From positions 14,783-78,782 of the forward strand of contig JBBTED010000002.1 in the NCBI GenBank assembly GCA_038042445.1: a stretch of 64,000 nt of DNA. The letters run 5' to 3'. This DNA comes from Candidatus Firestoneibacteriota bacterium. Lineage in GTDB: Bacteria; Oederibacteriota; D2-FULL-39-29; JBBTED01. The notes under the pieces are model-generated. The model did not search any database. It worked only from the letters and a program-made list of their open reading frames with translations, and was not told where the DNA came from. Made by a program: the position numbers and the translations under genes. Below are positions 59,501-64,000 of the stretch, one piece after another (the stretch's first letter is position 1; the number at the start of each line of letters is the position of its first letter).

Positions 59501-59921
59501 AGAAAAGGAACTGAAACCATTACTTAAATATTCCCAAAGAGATGCCTCTTTATGGGCAGATGAAAGCATAGAGCTTTTTATAAATTATAACCGTGATTAT
59601 AAATCAATACACCAAATTGTATTTAATGCAAACGGCTATATTTTTGACTATTTGGCATTTAACAGAAAATGGGATGGTGATATAGAAGTTAAAACAATAA
59701 TAGAAGAAGACAAATGGACTATTGAAGCATCAATTCCCATAAAAGATCTTTTTCCTGCTGGATGGACAAAAAACAATGACCAAAGAGAATGGTGGAACCA
59801 TATTTTTGGATTTAATATTGTTAGAAATAGCCCAAACTCAAATTATAAATCAGCAAGCTGGACTGATTGCAAAAATAACAATCACAATGCCCAATTATAT
59901 GGGTATATAATAATAAAATGA
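56553..59921 (+). CDS. Large exported multidomain hypothetical protein (thioredoxin-like, C25/TIGR03790-like, helical and CBM9-like regions)
   Basis: Signal peptide; ETPAFILFD; GAYNYFGSMSEP...WRLVFFGDPLW; C-terminal IDG...EW, DESIELFI, WTIEASIP, GFNIVRN. Confidence 0.65.
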   Translation: MSIKIKRVITRFLLFLVLFCKYSFSAETEYSCYIVTEKAGVFSHRFITEELQNKYGDKVLFLNIGAWTDRNWIKEHNVKETPAFILFDKNKVEIDRIEECKNIDKLVHFFQKNLKNEKDIFKITELKYFLTENNHIDVYSIDSSLEKYNELTISQKQSLKIFAKDLKKYLKEYKSVEWLEDAINAVDNISNKTSRYNLKRKIASTVKIVPNLKTFYKEISNWNDGTIYPILLGNNMWSVKFIEAFKPEQIIYVQDTQNTSDDTTINDIITTSLYNSALKNKSSKKISIEDVNKFFLEKIKNNPLGIVIIDPVFSTAPAGVALAAAKYQIVYIREKYGEFDKTVTFQEADVIRKDIMNYLDKFNVPYKNYGIDLDGITLAIDLPYRYKALETEAEKGIRVTDDFIDTNDSGFPWGIAGRLIGDESSSIYRAMCSIFLNIDEALFFSKYSTSSSPWKEYTPQKAVDLFKKQMPVREVQAQDATSKRWREETYWGNKANFVFINSAGGAYNWYVSDGQASSLDIVSSIPCNVYIIHSGSASSPLDKTSILGKWFECGAYNYFGSMSEPLLEAFVTPDKIAKYLFDGYPFALATRDIIGGYSYPWRLVFFGDPLWTLSNTTERVHLNKKPKNTNIYEYFDCLYKKEWDKLDSIYKNSENIFKTNNTYNIALLTYSNKEDINKIIDILKKPSFYELWPATSLLCNRLILKKAYSNNSAEKLKLLKLAYKTSKDIFVLEDIFNELAKQNKDEFFKELDAFLKEEKSFINSIVFEKFTNIYIRELKPSLTDIRKFLTDYSESIKAAKETINIISDYTFKCYNNTPDNASAIIEELIKIGGPNEKTNLIKKYLSYLLGINDYTKIKAFIDTNKKLCGSDKDIQYYSILSDSRSTDKKNAIEIIENYLKNNERSDYASVLKDEIKLLNNITPDKLHIELVLHKSSNIVIDGHINETEWNGYSTIQNLCSLSNEKIYLFLTQEKLYIGGIFYLEKELKPLLKYSQRDASLWADESIELFINYNRDYKSIHQIVFNANGYIFDYLAFNRKWDGDIEVKTIIEEDKWTIEASIPIKDLFPAGWTKNNDQREWWNHIFGFNIVRNSPNSNYKSASWTDCKNNNHNAQLYGYIIIK

Positions 59922-60481
59922 GAATAATTGCAGGATATGCCAAAGGAAGACAGATAAAATCCATACCCGGGCTTTCTACACGCCCTTTACTTGAAAAAGT
60001 CAGAGGTGCAATTTTTAATATACTCAGAAATGAAATTATGGAAAAAGAAATTTTAGACTTATATTCCGGAACCGGAAGTATAGGTTTAGAAGCATTAAGC
60101 AGAGGTGCTAAAAGCATTATTTTCATAGATAATAATTTAGTTTGTGTCCAAACCATACAGGAAAATTTAAAGAATTTAGGGTTTGCAGATTATGCAACAG
60201 TATATAAAAATGATATTGAAAAAGCTTTAGCGATTATTGCAAGAAAAGAGTTTAAATTTGATATAATTTTTATTGATCCGCCATATTTGAAAAATTTATG
60301 TGAAATGAACTTAAAATTAGTTGAAAAAATAAATATTTTACGCAATTCAGGAATAATTGTAATACATCACCATAAAAAAGAAATACTTCCTGAAAAATTT
60401 AAAAATATTTATCTTTCAGACAAAAGAAAATATGGAGACGCCATAATTTCAATGTATAGTATAAAATCCTCCTCCCCCTGA
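59918..60481 (+). CDS. rsmD: 16S rRNA m2G966 methyltransferase RsmD
   Basis: MRIIAG, TRP, LDLYSGTGSIGLEALSRGA, DPPY. Confidence 0.95.
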   Translation: MRIIAGYAKGRQIKSIPGLSTRPLLEKVRGAIFNILRNEIMEKEILDLYSGTGSIGLEALSRGAKSIIFIDNNLVCVQTIQENLKNLGFADYATVYKNDIEKALAIIARKEFKFDIIFIDPPYLKNLCEMNLKLVEKINILRNSGIIVIHHHKKEILPEKFKNIYLSDKRKYGDAIISMYSIKSSSP

Positions 60482-60503
60482 TAAGGGGGAGATAGAGGGG
60501 GTT
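60465..60503. repeat. Family C palindromic repeat supplying the rsmD stop codon
   Basis: aatcctcctccccctgataagggggagatagaggggg. Confidence 0.7.
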
Positions 60504-60519
60504 TTTAAGGAGGCAACAA

Positions 60520-61092
60520 ATGAAAAAATTTTTACATTGCATAATCTTTATATTGTTTTTTTCCACTACAATCTATGCAATAGATGGAACAGGCAAATTC
60601 CTGCTATCTTTAGGTGGAGGAGTAAGTCTCCCTTCAACACCTGTAAAATTCAAGGATTCTTATCAACAAGGTATGGCTTTGGAATTACAACTGGGATCAG
60701 GACTGAGCCCAAATTTCAACTTATCTCTTTTAGCAAATTATTTACAACATACAAATAAATCTTCAACTGACCAATATTTACGTTTTATACCTGTTACTTT
60801 ACAGTTCACTTGTAATACAATGCCAGCAAATAAATTAATAAATCCATATTTCGGCGCTGGGTTTGGAATAAGTTTAAATGAGCAAAAAACTACAGCAGGA
60901 AGCAGTAATTGGTTTGCTTTTTCATGGAACATAGCGGCAGGTATAGAACTTATTGCACAGGAACCGGAAAACGATGCACCGGGTGTTTCTCTTGATTTAG
61001 GATTTAAAGTTTTTTCACTGGAACCAAGAATTACCACTGATGGCACATATTTTCTTATTCCAATAAGAGGAGTTCTTAATTTCTATTTCTAA
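60520..61092 (+). CDS. Outer-membrane beta-barrel protein (8-strand OMP-like)
   Basis: Signal peptide, alternating beta pattern, NPYFGAGFG, C-terminal LNFYF. Confidence 0.8.
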   Translation: MKKFLHCIIFILFFSTTIYAIDGTGKFLLSLGGGVSLPSTPVKFKDSYQQGMALELQLGSGLSPNFNLSLLANYLQHTNKSSTDQYLRFIPVTLQFTCNTMPANKLINPYFGAGFGISLNEQKTTAGSSNWFAFSWNIAAGIELIAQEPENDAPGVSLDLGFKVFSLEPRITTDGTYFLIPIRGVLNFYF

Positions 61093-61094
61093 TT

Positions 61095-64000
61095 TTATAC
61101 AGTAACTGGTTCTTTAACATCAGCAATAGCTTCTGGCTGTTGTATTTCTTGCTTTTTAATAGTACTTTCTTTGTCTGCAAATTTCATAGACATTATTTTA
61201 GATACTCCAGCTTCTTCCATTGTAACCCCATATAACACATCTGCTGTTTCCATAGTTAATTTACTGTGTGTTATTATTATAAACTGGGTGTTTTTAGAAA
61301 ATTCTTTTAAAATGGTTGCAAATCTATTTACATTTACATCATCAAGAGGAGCATCTATTTCATCCAACACACAAAATGGGCTTGGCTTTACCATAAAAAT
61401 TGCAAACAAAAGCGCTATTGCTGTTAAAGCTCTCTCTCCACCGGAAAGCAATGATATACTTTGCAAACGTTTTCCTGGAGGCCTTGCTACGATTTCAATA
61501 CCACTCTCAAGCAAATTCCCTTCATCAACTAAAATTAAATCTGCTTCTCCACCTACAAACAGATTTTTAAATACCTGAGAAAAATTAGTTTTAACTTTCG
61601 TAAAAGTATCCAAAAAAAGCGATTTAGTGGTAGCATTTATTTCATTTATCACATTATGCAAATCTTCTTTTGCCTTTCTTAAATCTGCTTCCTGTTCACT
61701 TAAAAATTTGTATCTGGTTTCAAGTTCCTGATATTCTTCCATTGCAACAAGATTAACAGGACCTATTTCCTCTATTTTAGCCCTAAATTCCTGAATTTTT
61801 TGTTTTTTCTCTTCAAGATTAATCTCTGCCTCAGGCAATTTTTCAATAGCATCCAAATCAATATGGTAATCTTTTTCCATCTGCTCTTTTAAATTTGATA
61901 TTTGCATCTCAAGCTGAGCTATTGTAACATCAAGTTTATGTAAAAAATCCTGCCTTGAAGTAATTTCATCACGTATATCTTTTATGGCTCTTTCAAATTC
62001 CTCAATCTCATATTTCAATTTTTCTGCAATTTGTTTTTCTTCTAAAAGTTTCGTTTCAAAATTTTCCTTTTCAGCTATTAAAACATTTATTTTAGATTCT
62101 GATGAGGTTATTTCAGTTTGCAAATTTGTTATTTTATCATTATAAAGCGACATACCGTTTGTCTTCTTCTCCACTGTTTCTTCCATCTCTACTTTTTGGA
62201 GAGATACTGTTTGAATTTCTCTTTCCAGTGAAGATATGTCTTTGCCCAAACCTGTTAATTCTAATTCCTCTTCTTGTAATTTTATATATTGATTATTAAG
62301 CTTATCTTCAATAGCATTAAATTCATTAGTCCATTTTTCAAGCTCATTTTCAGCAGTTCTAAGCTCTGAATTTAATGTATCAAGTTCAAGTTTTAAATTT
62401 TCTATTTCACGCTCACGAATAAGTAAAATTTCTCCTTCAATATCATCACTGCCACCGGAAATATCTTTATCTGAAATTACTAGTTCGCCATTTAACGTTA
62501 CAATTGTTATCCCCTTTGCATTTTTTGATAACTCAAGTGCAATATTTATATCCTCAACAATAACAACATTTGAAAGTAAATTCTTAAGAGCAATAAAATA
62601 AGGAGTATCCTTTTTAACAAAATCCATTGCTTTGCCTACAACACCTGAAAACGACAAAACATCACTAGTAATACTGTCATTTTGGTCTTTTAAAGTATCT
62701 AATGGCATAAGTGTTACTCTTCCTTTATCTTCTTCCTTCAAATATTTAATAATACTCAATGCAGACTGCAAATCCTTAACTATAATATTTTGCAATGAAT
62801 CACCTAAAACTGCAGCTATTGCTTTTTCATATTTGCCATCTGTCAATATAATATTTGCAACAACTGTTTTTAATTCAGGCAGAATCAAATTTGAGGTATC
62901 CATAACTGCCTTAACACCTTTACCATAACCTTCCCATTTATTCTGCAATTCTTTTAATGTATATAAACGCCCTTCTTTAGAATTCAATACTGCACGGATT
63001 TCGGAAATTTTATTCTCACATTCTTTTACACGTTTCAATGATTCATTCTTACTTAATTCAAAATCTTTTAGATCATTTCTACCTTTCACAACATCTTCTT
63101 TGCTCTGATTTGATTTTTCAACACAGTGTTGCAAATCAGACATCAATTTCTTAAGATTTTCTTCCTGCTGCAAATATTTTTTTTGCAATACATCTATTTC
63201 TGCATCATCTGTATTTTTCTGTTCATTCAAACTCTTTATATGGTCCTGAACAAGCAATATATTATTTTCAGCTTTAGCCAATTCCAATTCAACTTTATGT
63301 ATTGTGTTTTGCAATTCTACAATTGCTTTTTCTTTTTCTAAAAATCTTAATTTTACACTTTGTATTTCACTATCATTAGTACTTATTTTTGTATTCAAGC
63401 CTTCAATTTCACATTTCAAATCTAATGCATCTTTTTTATCTGATAAAAGTTGCACTTGTAATTTTTTGTATTCAACATTATTTACTATTATTTCTAAATC
63501 TTTTAATTCATTATTTAATTCTTTATATTTTTCAGCGCGTTTTGCCTGTCTTTCAAGAGAATTTGTCTGCCGTTTTATTTCAGAAATTATATCATTAATT
63601 CTTAATAGATTTGCCTCAGTTGCTTCAAGTTTACGTAGAGATTCTTCTTTTCTGTTTTTGTATTTTGCAATACCTGCAGCTTCTTCAAATAGATATCTTC
63701 TATCAGCAGGTTTTGTGCTTAATATCAAATCCATTTTCCCCTGTTCTAATAAAAAATATGCATCAGTGCCAATACCTGTATCCATAAACAATTCCTGTAT
63801 ATCTTTGAGTCTACAAGATGTTTTATTCATCAGATATTCACTTTCGCCTGACCTGAAAATTCGCCTTGTTACAGTAACTTCTTCATAATCTACAACCATA
63901 CTGGTTTTTGGATTTGAAAATGTAAGAGAAACCTCTGCCATAGAAAGTTGTTTTCTGGAATCTGTACCATTAAATATTACATCTTCCATCTTACTTCCAC
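61095..64000 (-). CDS. smc: Chromosome segregation protein Smc (5' end outside the window)
   Basis: GSKMEDVIFNG, FEEAAG, hinge GRVTLMPL, LLSGGERAL, LDEIDAPLD, QFIIITH. Confidence 0.97.
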   Translation of the reverse strand, partial: GSKMEDVIFNGTDSRKQLSMAEVSLTFSNPKTSMVVDYEEVTVTRRIFRSGESEYLMNKTSCRLKDIQELFMDTGIGTDAYFLLEQGKMDLILSTKPADRRYLFEEAAGIAKYKNRKEESLRKLEATEANLLRINDIISEIKRQTNSLERQAKRAEKYKELNNELKDLEIIVNNVEYKKLQVQLLSDKKDALDLKCEIEGLNTKISTNDSEIQSVKLRFLEKEKAIVELQNTIHKVELELAKAENNILLVQDHIKSLNEQKNTDDAEIDVLQKKYLQQEENLKKLMSDLQHCVEKSNQSKEDVVKGRNDLKDFELSKNESLKRVKECENKISEIRAVLNSKEGRLYTLKELQNKWEGYGKGVKAVMDTSNLILPELKTVVANIILTDGKYEKAIAAVLGDSLQNIIVKDLQSALSIIKYLKEEDKGRVTLMPLDTLKDQNDSITSDVLSFSGVVGKAMDFVKKDTPYFIALKNLLSNVVIVEDINIALELSKNAKGITIVTLNGELVISDKDISGGSDDIEGEILLIREREIENLKLELDTLNSELRTAENELEKWTNEFNAIEDKLNNQYIKLQEEELELTGLGKDISSLEREIQTVSLQKVEMEETVEKKTNGMSLYNDKITNLQTEITSSESKINVLIAEKENFETKLLEEKQIAEKLKYEIEEFERAIKDIRDEITSRQDFLHKLDVTIAQLEMQISNLKEQMEKDYHIDLDAIEKLPEAEINLEEKKQKIQEFRAKIEEIGPVNLVAMEEYQELETRYKFLSEQEADLRKAKEDLHNVINEINATTKSLFLDTFTKVKTNFSQVFKNLFVGGEADLILVDEGNLLESGIEIVARPPGKRLQSISLLSGGERALTAIALLFAIFMVKPSPFCVLDEIDAPLDDVNVNRFATILKEFSKNTQFIIITHSKLTMETADVLYGVTMEEAGVSKIMSMKFADKESTIKKQEIQQPEAIADVKEPVTV

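Noticed and set aside
1405..60503. CRISPR array
   Set aside because: The repeats are dispersed singles or doublets with no regular spacers, and there are no cas genes.
188..63888. Many short antisense or overlapping ORFs in the six-frame track (e.g. 8657-9130, 14499-14945, 35073-35609, 55691-56227, 63304-63888)
   Set aside because: Shadows of well-supported genes, with no recognisable motifs or RBS.
1..64000. tRNA or rRNA genes
   Set aside because: No cloverleaf or T-loop signatures seen in the short intergenic gaps; tRNAscan-SE or Infernal would confirm.

Overview
An AT-rich chromosomal segment of a diderm bacterium (TonB/ExbBD, TonB-dependent receptor, MlaE, outer-membrane beta-barrel) that keeps several Firmicutes-like gene orders (gltX-cysE-cysS-rlmB, rpsP-khpA-trmD-rplS, rlmN-PASTA-rpe, scpA-scpB, smc). 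Most of it is housekeeping. Accessory blocks are a pstSCAB1B2-phoU operon, an ECF sigma/DUF4097/TonB cluster, an APC-USP-TrkA cluster, a sugar oxidoreductase cassette whose first gene is split by an in-frame TAG, a Crp/Fnr-controlled hemerythrin/Fe-S operon, an mtlD plus two-sulfatase cassette, and a 1122-aa exported multidomain protein. The most notable observations are: (1) the two PstB ATPases carry complementary motif degenerations, predicting an asymmetric heterodimer with one catalytic site; (2) two unrelated MITE-like element types (two 131-bp copies with 9-bp target duplications, one ~116-bp copy), each wrapping a different REP-type palindrome that also occurs free; (3) several REP-like families, some supplying gene ends and one inserted in frame in the TonB-dependent receptor; (4) an apparently short-armed Smc. 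I saw no tRNA, rRNA, CRISPR array or transposase. All product calls come from motif recognition by eye; no database search was run.
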